DNA of 64,000 bases from Leptogorgia sarmentosa (taxonomy: Eukaryota), in assembly GCA_964658305.1 (NCBI GenBank), contig OZ210885.1:15004001-15068000 (forward strand), given 5' to 3'. A program made the translations under genes and the position numbers. The notes beneath the pieces are model-generated. The model did not search any database and was not told the origin of the DNA. It saw nothing but the letters and a program-made list of their open reading frames with translations. This document shows, piece after piece, positions 25,033-38,430 of the stretch; position 1 is the first letter of the stretch, and every line of letters begins with the position of its first letter.

Positions 25033-26819
25033 ATTTAATACATTTGACCAGCTGCATATTTAGCGCATTAATTTTCTTGCATAAATTATTTTCCCCAAAT
25101 TCGGGAAAGCATGTGTAGCAAGCATTCTGCCAAAATTGCGCAGTCCCTACTTCCTTCGGGAGCTTGCGACTGCACGCAGGCTACATATAGGGTTGGTATA
25201 ACACAAATATGAAATGATCTGACATTTTGTGAACATCAAAATTTGGAGATAAACCAGTTACGCCCTTTGGAAAGCATAATATATAATCACATAGCATGAT
25301 ATAGCATATATATACATAATTATATATATATGAGTGCTCGAAACCATATAGGTGCAGCCTATTATAACTGATGAGAATTAGGATATAGGGTTACATTGTA
25401 CTTACTGAAGTTGTTGACTATTTTCTATCAGTATGATCATGAATCATGTCGTCTATTTAGTCGACTAAAATAGATTACAAGGCAAAAGCGAGCAACTGAC
25501 TGAATTTGATTGTAGTTAATTATTCTTTTACATTGAATGGGAATATTTCCATAACCGCTAGGCCGCGACTATGGCGAGAACAAATGGAAACAAACACGTT
25601 CAAATAAATGTGTGAAGCGAATATATTGGCCATTATATATCAATAGTATGAACTAAATAAGGTTTAAAATTATGGTTTTCTTGTTGCGATGAGTTTACTG
25701 TGTTACTGCATTAAGTGTACCCTCAAGGCAAAGACGACAAACTAAAACATGTTTGCACATTTATAATATCCACGGCAGTAGTTGATAGACGGGCCATGGC
25801 TATTTTTGTTCATGACAAACCTATACATGTTTTCTAGATTCATCGCAGATATTCAAATAACATTTTAACTGCTTTGGCAACATGTTCAAACATTGTTGAA
25901 ACTTAGCCACAGTACTGATTCAATGTCGCACTCCTTAGCGTCCATCATATTGTATTACACAAATATTTCACCCCACGAACACATGCTGAGTTGCAATTGT
26001 CGTAAAAATCAAAATTCCGGAGAGGCTTTGCAGCATTGTGTACTATAACTTGAGGCATTTTAGATTACATTACTTCTTAGCTAAATTTCTTATCCATACG
26101 AATAACTGCAAACAATGATGAGCAATAGTATAACATTACAATTGGATAATTTTTGCTTAAAAATTGAAATGATATCGGTACACTACGGAGTTTCGCACAT
26201 CAACCGAATTTGGGACTCTCCGCCCGGAGGTTTACACTATGACTGTATGACTGACTGACTGACTCAGTTGAAATGTTGCCACCATCACAATACTGCAAAG
26301 TTTCTTTGAAGAAACTTCGCACTGCACTAAAAATGATGTTTGAGTAGTTTTTAGGAATTTGGAAAATATGTTAAAACTTCACGCAATTCAAGCAACTGAG
26401 TGCTTTTTGCACGAGTTTGCCTAATTTTTCAAATGTTTTAATAACGTTTCAGATGTAGGAAAAAACAACATGCACTCTAGTGATACTCGACAGTGTGCTT
26501 ACATTGATAAGAATGATGTTTGAGTTGTTCTTATGAAGTTGGAAAATGTCTTAAAACTTGACACAAATTCTAGCAACTGAGTGCTTTTTTGACGAGTTTG
26601 ACTAATTTTTCGAATGTTTTAAAAACGTTTCAAATGCAAAAAACAAGACTCAGTGAAGAGTGTGCTTACATTGATAAGAATGATGATTGAGTTGTTCTTA
26701 GGAAGTTACAAAATGTCTTAAAAAGTCACACAATTCAAGCAACTGAGTGTTTTAGGACGATTTTGACTAACTTTTCACGTCTTTTATTGAATTGTGTCAA
26801 GTTTTAAGACATTTTCCCA

Positions 26820-27190
26820 TAATCAGCCCAATTATAATGTCATAATTACCCTGTTAAGACGTCATTAATTCGGATCTTAAGACGTCATAATTAGTCTGTT
26901 TATGTCGCCACAATTGGCCCTTTAATTATGACGTCTTCTATGTACCAATTATGACATCATAAACACAGTAATGATGACGTCATCATAGGCCTAATATCAC
27001 TGCAAAAGCAGGCTGATTATGATGTCATAAACAGGGTCACTATGACGTCACTAGTAGGTTAATTATGACGTTATAAACAGGGTTATTATGACGTCATCAA
27101 TGGGCCAATTATGAGAGGGCTAATTATGACGTCATCAACAGGGTTATTATCAGGTCATCAAGGGGCGATTATGATGTCATAAACAGGGTA
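26820..27190. repeat. About 23-bp degenerate tandem array with a TGACGTCA core
   Basis: About 12 exact or variant (A)TGACGTCA(T) cores at roughly 23-bp spacing. Confidence 0.8.
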
Positions 27191-27785
27191 ACGATGAGTC
27201 TTGTTTTTGGCATTTGCAACGTTTTTTAAAAAATTTGAAAAATTCGTGAAAATCGTCCAAAAAGCACTCAGTTTTCAATTGGGCGAAGTTTTAAGACATT
27301 TTGTAACTTCCTAAGAACAACTCAATCATCATTCTGTTTCATCATCAGTCATATTTTTTCTTAAATTAAGCACACTCTTCACCAAAGTCTTGTTTTTGGC
27401 ATTTGAAACGTTTTAAAAAAAAAAGAAAAATTAGTCAAACTTGTCCAAAAAGCACTCAGTTTTGAATTGAGTGAATTTAAGACATTTTCCAACTTCCTAA
27501 GAACGGCTCAAACACCTTTATCTAATCTAATGCTATCGAATACGCAAAAACACAATGGTGTTGCCTGGAGCACAATGCGTTTATTGCTGCTGTTCACTCG
27601 AGACGTTACTGATACAAGCTACAGTGGAAATCAACCGCCTCACTGCTACGATATTTACAATGAAATTTGGGGTGAAAACCCCACCTGCATAAAACATGAC
27701 GGAGAATATAATTCTGAGAATGTACTGTCTTACATTATCTCCTGGGAAAACCCCTGCTTAAATAACACACAACCGAGCTGTTCGT

Positions 27786-30780
27786 TCATACTGTTAAATT
27801 GGACGACACTTCATATAGTTCATTATCTAATGGTTCAATGTACTTATTCTTTGATTCGGTGCATTTCCAACCTCTGTGGGCCTGCAAGGATAAATCTGAA
27901 AGATGTCTGCAACCTGGATCAGATGCGCCTCTGCTTCTCAAGCTGTGGGTACCCAACTTACTGAGATCGTCAAAGAAAATGCCCAACTTGGCTTTAATAA
28001 TGTCTTTAGCTGTAGTATAAGATATCCCGCGTGACTTGTGGAAAGACTGCATGCCGTTGCGATGCTGCAGTCGACGAACCATTGGGTGATGTGAGTCGGG
28101 TGGATCAGCCAAAAGACCCAACAGCCTTTCTGTGATAGCCACAGACAAGTTGGTTTACCAGAGCGAGCTATGTGAACCTTGTGCCCTAGCCGAAATTCTT
28201 CAAGGGTAGACTTCGGAGATGGCAAACCAGCCATGGAGTGCCCCCATCGGATACTGTATACAGCGGTGACCACAGGTGAAGGTGTATTGGATGAGTCCAA
28301 CAGATGACGCAAATACAGAGCGACAAACATGGGCTGCGCATGCAAATATTGAACACCGATCTTGGATTTGCACCAGATCTTCCATCGATTCCAGCCGTAA
28401 GCGTAATGCAACGTGGTGCTGCTGGCCTTGGAGTTCAACGCAACTTTAGGGAGGGACAACGCCAAATCAGACAACGATGGATCCACAATTTCAGAACACT
28501 CCTGCCACACGCCAACGTGAAATTCATCCAAATAAATCGGTACATGTATTACGGCTACAAACTATGACTTGCCGCGTGGAGTCAGCCGTCTGTGAATGAG
28601 GCAGAAACAAACAAAAATTGTTAAACATATCACCGAATTGATGTTTACAACAATAATAATGGTATGGCTAAACTGCTATGCTAAACAGCACAATAGAACC
28701 TATAAATCCCCCCATACGTGCATATTCTGAGGTACTAAGGACCCGAGCACCATGGCAAATGTACCTTTTCACAAATAACTCTTGCCGAAAACCGGCGGCA
28801 CTAAACGCCTTGGACCGCACATTCTTAAAATTGAATGGACAACGCAAGCAACTCAAAAGCAGGAGTACCCGTGAAAATTGAGGGTTTTCTCTGATAGGCA
28901 ATCAGCTGACCCTCCCCCGGAATACACATCTGTGAGCATTTGGGTAAAACCATGCTCTGTGATAAATGAAGCATACCGCCCTGGCTCAGGCATAAGCAGA
29001 GGCCAAAATATAGCCGAAGGCCAATACGGCACTATAAGAGTGCCCTTAGCGTTACAACTGCGCATATGACGAATCGTGGGGATGATTAGTGAAACTGGGG
29101 GACACAACCAATTTACATCGTTGGCCCAGTTCTGGGTGAAAGCGTCGACTGCTTCCGTCTCGGGACACCAGAACCGCGAATTGAATCTCGGTAACTGCGT
29201 ATTGTAATTAGACGCAAACCGATCAATGGTGAAAGGACCCCATCTGGCGTGAATCATTCTGAATAAATGTGGCTGAAGTTGCCAGTCGTCTAAATCTACC
29301 GTTTTACTCAATACATCCGCGATTTGGTTGGATGCTCGAGGTATCCATTGAGTATCAAGTTGTATGTCATTTTGAAAGCAAATGCTAAAAATTTGGACAG
29401 CAATGCGCTGGAGCTCGACCACTCGATTACCGACTGACACTATACGACATGCACTCTGACTGTCAGAAAATACTTTCACTCTCATGTGTGTTAAAACTTG
29501 CACTAGCGGTTTCAGCACCAGCAAAACAGCTAACAATTCTCTGTAACCACTTACAGACAGTCTTGGCACTTTGCTCGAGATTCCAGTGCCCATGGATTTT
29601 TAACCCCTGCGCTGCAGCCAAGTGGCCGCCGTAACCCACGCCACTAGCATCGGTGTATACATGCAACGGCGCTACAGACACCTTAGGCCTCAAGGAATAC
29701 CCATTGAGGCAGTTGAGATTGGTTAGCCAGAATCGTAACTCTTCTATTAATGGCGCCGGTAAGCAATCTAAATGACCTGACCACGAATCTCTTTGAGCAA
29801 TCGTGAAGAAAAGCTGCCGAGTGAGAAGCCTAACCGGAGGCCCAACCGCTAAATAGGGAATTTATGAACCCGGCGATTTTTGCCAGTTCGCGAAAGGCAA
29901 CCGACTTGGAGGATAAAACATATTCGATGTTTTTCTTAGCTTTATTCGATGTTTTTCTTAGGAATCTCAAAATGAAAGTTGATGGTGTTGATGATGAGAC
30001 CTAGCCATTCGCCTACTTGCATAGGTTCCCAATGCGATTTGGGGTCATTTGAAACAAAACCTGCAGCAGCTATATCAGATTTTTGAATAGTACTAGCGGC
30101 GAAAGCATCTAATCGCGCTTTGTGCCCCGAAATCCCATCGTCCAAATAAACAAAGGAGGCATGAGACATGCTGCACCATCTCTTCACCAATGGCCTCAAT
30201 AATTTCGTGAAACAATAACACGCTGAAGCTAACCCAAAAGGTAACACTTCGAATGTAAAGTAGCGAACCTTGCCGCTAAAAACCCATGCAAACCCTAGAA
30301 ACTGCCTATGCAGAGGGTAAATGTCCACATGGTGGTATCCCGATTTTAGGTCCCAAGTAAAAAACCAAAAATTTTCCTCAAACAGTTGTGACAGAGATCT
30401 GAGGTCCTCGTATCGGAATGGTTGCTCAGACAAATGCTTGTTCACATTCTGCAGATCTAGAACCAATCTGAGTTTCTTACCTTTGACAACTGACAAAGGA
30501 TTTACACAATGCGGGGGTTGAGCATGCTCGGTGATATAACCCCCTGCCAACAAATCCAATATTGCTTCCTGCACGAAGGCTGGATGATCCCTGGCGCATT
30601 TGTTATTATTTAAGTTACAACTCTCGGGGATTGAGCAAATTGGAATTTTGTAACCCTCATCAACTATGCTCTGAACAAATGGCGAAGCATGCAGAATATT
30701 TTTCCAAAAAGAGGAGCACCTCGCTAGACCCCCACGGACGCTAACGTCTCCGACAGATGGCTTATGCACATCGTCACTAC
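27786..30780 (-). mobile_element. DIRS-order tyrosine-recombinase retroelement, decayed (subgroup uncertain, PAT/Ngaro-like)
   Basis: RT (DLKSGYHH, LPFGL, YLDD; 30769-29942), RNase H (YTDAS, FSDSQ, WIPR), methyltransferase-like domain (IDRFAS...WLCPP) and YR fragments (28531-27786, HSLRSRGAS) with an internal deletion. Confidence 0.85.
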
Positions 30781-31273
30781 TTAATTTAACAAAGACAGGT
30801 CCAACCTGATAATCAGGCTCACTCTGTCACACACATCTACTCAACTGGACGAAGGCTTCGAGCTCGTTGCTAGGCACTGAAAATAACAGTTCCGTTGTAA
30901 ATGACCATACTGTAAACACTGTTGTGAAAAGAAAATTAAAAAAAAAAATTAACATTACGTTATCAAAAGTGTTCTAGACTGGAGTAAATTTGACTGTGTC
31001 ACATGAAAGCAGTGAGAACGAGCTGCATTGTGCAGCTGCTTATGTATGATAATGAACAAAAGAATGCTAATTGCATTTGACAATGCATAATTCTGCATGT
31101 CAAACAGTTAGATATTAATTCTATTTCATCATTAGTTACGTCACTAGGGAGTCACAATGAGATATGCGCGCGCAGATCAAGCCATCAGTTTTTGCACGTG
31201 TAATCAAGTACGTACAGTCAAAAATTTGTTTGTTCAAGCGGAAAATATTAATCTTTGCTTTTCCAATCGTATA

Positions 31274-32342
31274 ATGACCGAGATAACCAACCCTTCCGAT
31301 GCAATTGAAGATGAACTCTTGGATGAGGACGACGAAGAACAAGTTCCCGCTCTGGAAAAGGAGGTGCACGATGTCAAGAGTGTGATGACCAACCTGTCCA
31401 AGTCGCTGCAAATTATGGCGGGATCGATGCAAGCGATGGAAGTTTCATTGAAACGCCTACATTACCCCGGCGAAGAAACGACAAGAAGAGGTTGAAGTGG
31501 TGAGTGATGGCGAGGACGATGAGCTATCACAATCGATAGAACCTGCCAAGGCCGACTCGGCCGAAGGCGATCATTCGGCTCGACTCGAGCAAGATAACAG
31601 CAATGACTCATTGCTTCTGGATATTGAGCAAGATTTCTCCGAACAGGAGGATACTGGCCCTCCCATCTCGCCGAAACTGGCCGACATCATTAATAAAAGA
31701 TGGTCAGAAAAACTAAGTGAGCACAAATTACATGAAAAAAGAGAGAAATATCATCGCCCAACGAATTGCGATCGCGTGATTGTCCCACGAGTAAACCCGG
31801 AAATATGGGCGCGTATTGACCATGGTGCCAAACAGCTTGACCTGCGAGCAACTGCGATTCAGACAAATTTGGTCAAGGTGGGCGCCATTTTAGCCCAATC
31901 TACGGACAAATTATTGTCTTTGGCCCAAACAGACGTATCGCGCCCGGAAATTAAGGCTCTCATCACTCTGAATACCGATGCTATGGCGTTGCTCAGGCAT
32001 GCTTCTTGTGACCTTTCACAACGCCGACGTGAGACAGTTAAACCTCACCTAAATAAAGAATATGCGACGCTCTGTGCCTCGCATGTCCCTATCACTTCGT
32101 TCCTCTTTGGAGATGATCTTCAGGCTCAATTGACAAGCATCAGAGCCACGAACAAAGTGAGTAATACCATTGGGGAAGATCGCCGCGCCTCGCGGAGACC
32201 CCAACAGCCATCTTCACAAGGATGGCAGCAACGGCATAATAGTAGTGGCCGGGGCCATTTTTTGTCCAAGGGCTTCCAGCGGAGGAAACCGCCTCCAAAG
32301 AAAAACCAAGCCCAGTGGAAACCTCAAAGGAAAAACCAGTAA
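31274..32342 (+). pseudogene. gag: DIRS gag-like ORF (frameshift at about 31495)
   Basis: VPRVNPEIW, RRRETVKPHL and FLFGDDL motifs typical of DIRS gag. Confidence 0.8.
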
Positions 32343-34465
32343 CTTTTATTAACAATCCAAATATCTTAAGTCAATTACAGGTTGGTAGCCTGGCATTTAA
32401 TGAAACTAACATTAAACAATACTTCACACATAGAGTGGAGCACTTTCAAGCTGGTCAAATTTCAAGTAATTTTACTCAATGGCAAGCACTTACCTCTGAC
32501 TCAGAGATACTGTCTATAGTAAAAGGCCTAAAAATTGAGTTTAGCACCAGGCCACAACAACATCTCCCAAACTGGCCAACACATTTCAGCCCAGAGGAGA
32601 GAATTATCATTCATGCTGAAATAATTAAGTTACTAGCTAAAGGAGTCATTCAGGTATCTACACATGAACAAGGAGAATATATTTCTCCTATATTTGTGTC
32701 AGAAAAAAAGGATGGGTCATTTCGGATGATCCTCAACCTGAAAAAGCTTAATGTTCATGTGGTTTATCACCACTTCAAAATGGAGTCTATTTGGACTGCC
32801 ATCAGGCTCATGACTCCCAATTGCTTCATGGCCTCCATCGATCTAAAAGACGCATATTATTCAGTGCCAATTGCCCTGGAGGACCAAAAATACTTGAAAT
32901 TTGAATGGGATAACACCCTCTACCAGTTTACATGTTTTCCAAACGGGTTAGCCTGCTGCCCCAGAAAGTTCACCAAGTTGATGAAACCTGTTTTTGCCAT
33001 GCTTCGGCAAATGGGACATCAGTCATCTCCATATATTGATGACTCCTTCTTAACTGGCTATTCCTATGAGGACTGTGCTGCAAATGTTGTCGATACAATA
33101 CAACTCTTTGATAAATTAGGTTTGGTAGCACACCCTGATAAATCAGTGTTCATCCCCACACAGGAATTAGTTTTCTTGGGGTTTGTGTTGAACTCAGTAA
33201 CTATGCAAGTACGCCTTACTCCTGACAAAGCAACGAAACTTGCTAGAGCATGTCAAGACCTGTTGACCAAACCACAGCCTACAGTTAGACAAGTTGCAAG
33301 AGTAACAGGACTACTTGTTTCGAGCTTCCCAGGTGTAGCTTGGGGACCATTATATTATCGGATGCTTGAGGCTGACAAGACTGCAGCCCTGCATTATCAT
33401 AAGGGCAACTTTGACAAACCTATGTCCCTTTCACTCCCTGCCAAGCAAGAGCTTGAATGGTGGATCAATAATATCCCCACTGCATTCAACCCCATACTTA
33501 GAGATGAGCCTAAAATCACTTTAAGAACTGATGCTTCTAAGCTCGGTTGGGGAGGAGTTGTGCAAGACCATTCCACAGGGGGCCTATGGTCAGTAGCTGA
33601 AGCAACTGAACACATTAATTATCTAGAGATGTTAGCAGTCTTTCACTCTTTGAAATCATTTCGGGATTTGCTATATGGAAAGCATGTTAGAGTCATGGTT
33701 GACAATACTACTGCTGAATGTGTGATCAGGCAAATGGGTACAAGCCATGGCTGCAAATTGAATGAATTAGCCAAAGCCATTTGGCAGTGGTGTGCCGAAC
33801 AGGATATTTGGATCACCATGAGCCATATCCCAGGATGTGAAAATACCCAAGCGGATAAGGAGTCTAGGGTTTTCAATTTAAATACTGAGTGGTGTCTAAG
33901 CAAGTCAATATTTAAAATGGGCTGCCAAAAACTGCAGTTTACCCCAAATATTGACCTGTTTGCATCCAGAATTAACCACCAACTAAAACCCTATGTGTCT
34001 TACCGCCCTGATCCTGAGGCAATAGCTGTCAATGCTTTCCACATCAGTTGGACCCACTATTCACTCTATGCATTCCCCCCCTTTAGTGTGATAATGCAGG
34101 TCCTTCAGAAGATTCAGGAAGACCAGGCCACAGGGATTGTGGTAATCCCAAATTGGCCAACCCAAGTTTGGTGGACAAGAACAATGGACATGCTAGTTCA
34201 ACAGCCTGTGTTACTGCCAAGAGACAAACATTTGCTATTTCTACCGAGTCATCCCGAACAGATTCACCCTCTGCACAACAAGCTATGTCTGTTGCTATGC
34301 CACTTGTCAGGCAACAGCTCGGTGAGCAGGGCTTTTCGACAACAGCTGCAAGAGTCATCCAGAGCTCATGGAAGTCCAGTACAAGGAAACAATACTCATG
34401 CTATCTTGAGAAATGGATCAGCTACTGTGGCAAGCGGGGTCTTAATCCCATTTGTTCAAATGTAA
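32315..34465 (+). CDS. pol: DIRS pol: RT, RNase H and methyltransferase-like domain, open frame
   Basis: IDLKDAY, YIDD, TDAS, HINYLE, VDN, IDLFASR and YAFPPF motifs. Confidence 0.92.
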   Translation: METSKEKPVTFINNPNILSQLQVGSLAFNETNIKQYFTHRVEHFQAGQISSNFTQWQALTSDSEILSIVKGLKIEFSTRPQQHLPNWPTHFSPEERIIIHAEIIKLLAKGVIQVSTHEQGEYISPIFVSEKKDGSFRMILNLKKLNVHVVYHHFKMESIWTAIRLMTPNCFMASIDLKDAYYSVPIALEDQKYLKFEWDNTLYQFTCFPNGLACCPRKFTKLMKPVFAMLRQMGHQSSPYIDDSFLTGYSYEDCAANVVDTIQLFDKLGLVAHPDKSVFIPTQELVFLGFVLNSVTMQVRLTPDKATKLARACQDLLTKPQPTVRQVARVTGLLVSSFPGVAWGPLYYRMLEADKTAALHYHKGNFDKPMSLSLPAKQELEWWINNIPTAFNPILRDEPKITLRTDASKLGWGGVVQDHSTGGLWSVAEATEHINYLEMLAVFHSLKSFRDLLYGKHVRVMVDNTTAECVIRQMGTSHGCKLNELAKAIWQWCAEQDIWITMSHIPGCENTQADKESRVFNLNTEWCLSKSIFKMGCQKLQFTPNIDLFASRINHQLKPYVSYRPDPEAIAVNAFHISWTHYSLYAFPPFSVIMQVLQKIQEDQATGIVVIPNWPTQVWWTRTMDMLVQQPVLLPRDKHLLFLPSHPEQIHPLHNKLCLLLCHLSGNSSVSRAFRQQLQESSRAHGSPVQGNNTHAILRNGSATVASGVLIPFVQM

Positions 34466-35303
34466 AAGAAGGCATAAATTTCCTGGCTGAACTTTTCGAG
34501 ATGGGAGTAGGTTACAGTGCTATGAACACAGCTAGAAGTGCACTGTCTTCAATAATGAGTATGTCAGATCAAACTACGTTTGGAGCACATCCCTTAGTCT
34601 GCAGGTTTCTTCGTGGGGTGTTTGTAGAGCGACCAAGCTTACCTAGATACAAAACGATCTGGGATGTTAACACAGTATTAAAATACTTGAAACAATTTCA
34701 CATGGACAAAGAACTCACTCTTCGAGACCTAACACTAAAACTTACTATGCTATTAGCCCTGCTATCAGGACAGAGGTGCCAAACCCTCCACCTTCTTAAT
34801 ATAGAGGATATGAATCTTACTGCTCAACAAAGTACATTTAGGATATGCAAACCAATAAAGACGACGAAGCCTGGATCTAAAGCCTTGCAACTCAATTTCA
34901 AAGCATATCCAGCGGATAAACAGTTGTGTGTGGTACACCACCTTGGGGGGTATTTAGAGAGAACCAGGCTGCTGAGGGGAGATTGTAAGCAACTCCTCAT
35001 CAGTTTCCAAAACCACATGGGGCAGTATCAACTGACACTATATCTAGATGGCTAAAATTGGTTTTGAAACAAGCAGGAATCGACATCAATATGTTTAAAG
35101 CCCATAGTACAAGGGCCGCATCAACATCAGCGGCAGCGTCTGGGAATGTTCCTCTCAGCACTATAATGGCTAGTGCGGGATGCTCTAATGCTAACACTTT
35201 TTCAAAGTTTTATAATAAACCTGTCATTACAGATGAACAGAATTTTGGAGATGCATTACTGCAATCTCTCCTAACTACAAATGGAGACACTTTTAGGGAT
35301 TAA
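34153..35303 (+). pseudogene. DIRS tyrosine recombinase (frameshift at about 35010)
   Basis: SGQRCQ, HSTRAAS and FSKFY catalytic motifs; overlaps pol. Confidence 0.88.
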
Positions 35304-36444
35304 ACAAGTATCTCTTGTATTATATACTTCATATTAAAGTTTGGGTTGTTTGCTGCTTTCTAGTGATTGCACTGCTTTGAAGTCTCATTGTGACTCCCTA
35401 GTGACATAACTAATGATGAAATAGAATTAAAAAATTAAACGAGACTTACCTGAAAGTGTAAGGTGAAGTTTGATTGTAATTCTATGAATTATTAGTAAGG
35501 AACTAGGGAGTCACCCACCCTGTGTAACGCAGATTATTCGTTACATTTCACCCTCCCTTGGAGGTTGCAATCACTATTACCGCTTCAAAGACTGATGGCT
35601 TGATCTGCGCGCGCATATCTCATTGTGACTCCCTAGTTCCTTACTAATAATTCATAGAATTACAATCAAACTTCACCTTACACTTTCAGGTAAGTCTCGT
35701 TTAATTTTTAAATTATCTGCTTAACTGCGTAACACAGATAATAATACTTTCTCAAATCAAGCACACTCTAGAGATTCACCAGAGTATTGTTTTTGGCATT
35801 TGAAACGTTTTTAAAACATTTCAAAAAAGCTATCAGTTGCTTGAATTGGGTGATTTTTTAAGACATTGTCCAACTTCATAAGAACAACTAAAACATCATT
35901 CTTATCAATATAAGCACACTCTAGACTATCGCTATACTGTTATTGTTCACATTTGAAATTTAAAACATCAAAAATTAGTCAAAATCGTCCAAAAAGCAAT
36001 CAGTTGCTTGAATGGCGTCAATTTAAAGACATTTATATTCCATCTTCCTAACAACAACCCAAACATCTTTCTTATCAATGTAAGCACCCTCTAGAGATTC
36101 ACCAGAGTATTGTTTTTGGCATTTGAAACGTTTTTAAAACATTTGAAACATTTGTCTAACTCGTTCAAAAAGCACTCAGTTACTTGAATGGGGTAAAACG
36201 CGTTCCAAACTATTTTTTTGCCACAAAATTTTCCTGCCAAACCATGTTACACATAAATTTGGGACTGTAACTTGAAGAAATTTGTTGCAAAAGTAGAAAG
36301 CTTTTCAACTTTTCTTGCAACTTGCAGAAATTAAGTTTTTCTCTAAATAGGGAGTGTTACACGCTAAAAAATGCCTTGCAACTTGAATCTGGTTATTTTG
36401 CGACACAAGTTGCATGAGAAAAAGCAATGTGTAACAGAACCTTA

Positions 36445-37060
36445 AGATAAAAAAGGTGGCCGAATTTCAGACACCTAAATTTGTTCGAGTCTGCCAAAAT
36501 CAAAGATAAATTAGGTGGCTGAATTTCAGACACCCAAACTGCTTCGAGTCTGCCAAAATTGTATATAAATACTGATCAAACATAAATTAGGTGGCTGAAT
36601 TTCAGACACCCAAACTGCTTCGAGTCTGCCAAAATCGTATATAAATACCGATCAAAGATAAATTAGGTGGCTGAATTTCAGACACCCAAACTTGTTCGAG
36701 TCTGCCAAAATCGTATATAAATACTAATCAAAGATAAATTAGGTGGCTGAATTTCAAACACCCAAACTGCTTCAAGTCTGCCAAAATCGTATATAAATAC
36801 TGATCAAAGATAAATTAGGTGGCTGAATTTCAGGCTGCTAAAATTTTATATAAATACCGATCAAAGATAAATTAGGTGGCTGAATTTCAAACACCCAAAC
36901 TGCTTTGAGTCTGCCAAAATCGTATATAAATACTGATCAAAGATAAATTAGGTGGCTGAATTTCAGACACCCCAACTGCTTCGAGTCTGCCAAAATTGTA
37001 TATAAATACCGATCAAAGATAAATAGGGTGGCTGAATTTCAAACACCCAAACTGGCTCGA
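36445..37060 (+). repeat. 76-bp minisatellite, about 8 copies, some partially deleted
   Basis: Unit ATCAAAGATAAATTAGGTGGCTGAATTTCAGACACCCAAACTGCTTCGAGTCTGCCAAAATCGTATATAAATACCG; units start at 36651 and 36727. Confidence 0.92.
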
Positions 37061-38430
37061 ATTTGTAAAGATAAAACGGGCCCTTTCTCGATATATGAGA
37101 ACAGAAGTAAGTAGCAAAGGTTAGAATGGTGGCTTGCGGATAAAAGGTCATGTACTATAGTTATTTAATTTCAGTTGCTCACATGTCGAGAAAGCGCTCG
37201 AATTTTAAATATTGAAGTATCGATCGAACAGATTCAAGACTGCTGGATTGCTAAAATCAAATACTGAGCAGAGGTGAATACCAACTAGAGGAACCAAATT
37301 TTACACATTAACACAAAGTTGCGAGGAGTTTATCGGTAAACCGAGTCAAGTCTGAGTCCGAGTCAAATCCGAGTTCGAGTCAAATGCACGAGTCACTGCA
37401 AATATGCTAAAATTCGGATATGTGGTATGTGAAGTACTATAAAATGTGTGTCACTTTAGTTTTACATGCTAAATCAACAAAACTACGAAAATACATCCTT
37501 TCCAAGCCTCTCCGCGTATTTGGGGCGGGCGCTATTAGCACTGCGCCAGTGCATGCGAAGGGTTTCCACACGCGATAGTCTTTTTAGGGTTGTGAACGTA
37601 GCCTTGTTTTTTCTATCGCAAAATCTGTGAAATACAGCAGTATCGAGGTTACAACCGCAAATCGCGCTCGACTAATTGTACAAATTTATACTCGGGGGGA
37701 AATTGCTTTCACTTTCCAACTACATCCAATAGTGTATATTCCTAGAGGGAGTTCACAAAAAGGTCCTACCAGGAGTCCCTCCACTAAATAAGTTATAAGC
37801 AAATTCTAATATAAATGATTTTGCCAATTTCGCATTGTTCCGCTCACTGTAAAGTCTATAGATATTAAATTAGTGCATGCTCGCCTTATTTCTCGTTTTT
37901 GGCAGATAATTTCATTGATAACTCTCATGACCTCAATGATCCCCTCGCTTTAGCTGCCATCTGGCCCCGTACTCAGTTTCCCGTACGCCGCTGCAAGTTT
38001 GTGATGAATGCAACTTGCAAAACCTGGCATTGAATATTTTTAACCGATTATTCAATGCAAAATAATTACTGTTAAAATTTGTATATATAGTTTTGCGTGC
38101 ATCAAGCCATTTTTAAATCGAATAAGCACCTCCCTACTTTACAAATGTTACATTATGAAGTTCCAAATCTACACATGCAAAAAGTCGATGCCAGGAGCTA
38201 TTTTGCGAAATACGGTCTCTGCAACACAAAGTTGAAAAGTTCTGGCTTGCAACATACGTTGTCCCTTGCAAAGACCAACAATTTGAACATCCAATCTTAT
38301 AGTCCAGCAAACCAGCAAACACAACAGGTTAGAAGTCTCTTTCATCATCATGCATTAATTAGGTCGTTACGTGTAACTAAACAAGAACTCAAACTTTCAA
38401 AAAACAATGATAAGAACACTATAATATCCC

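Larger units (their letters stand above)
18705..25183. mobile_element. AcademH DNA transposon 2 (left end missing, decayed)
   Basis: Convergent transposase (+) and RecQ-like helicase (-). Right terminus reads TAGCCTGCGTGCAGTC on the minus strand from 25183. No matching left TIR or TSD found. Confidence 0.82.
31115..35709 (+). mobile_element. DIRS1-like retrotransposon, full length
   Basis: Left ITR at 31115-31194, right ITR at 35586-35709, and an internal complementary region at 35383-35514 matching both outer ends. Overlapping gag, pol and YR ORFs. Confidence 0.95.
26310..36195. repeat. Foldback-like repeat: about 160-180-bp units forward at 26310-26770 and inverted at 27197-27510 and 35750-36195, around a central 23-bp array
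   Basis: Unit core TGAGTTGTTCTTA(G/T)GAAGTT...AGCAACTGAGTG recurs in opposite orientations. The DIRS elements split the right arm. Confidence 0.75.

Noticed and set aside
28853..29593. Bacterial-type DNA adenine methyltransferase acquired horizontally
   Set aside because: This methyltransferase-like domain is a standard part of DIRS pol.
36445..37060. CRISPR-like array
   Set aside because: Units are wholly repeated with no unique spacers, there are no cas genes, and the context is eukaryotic.
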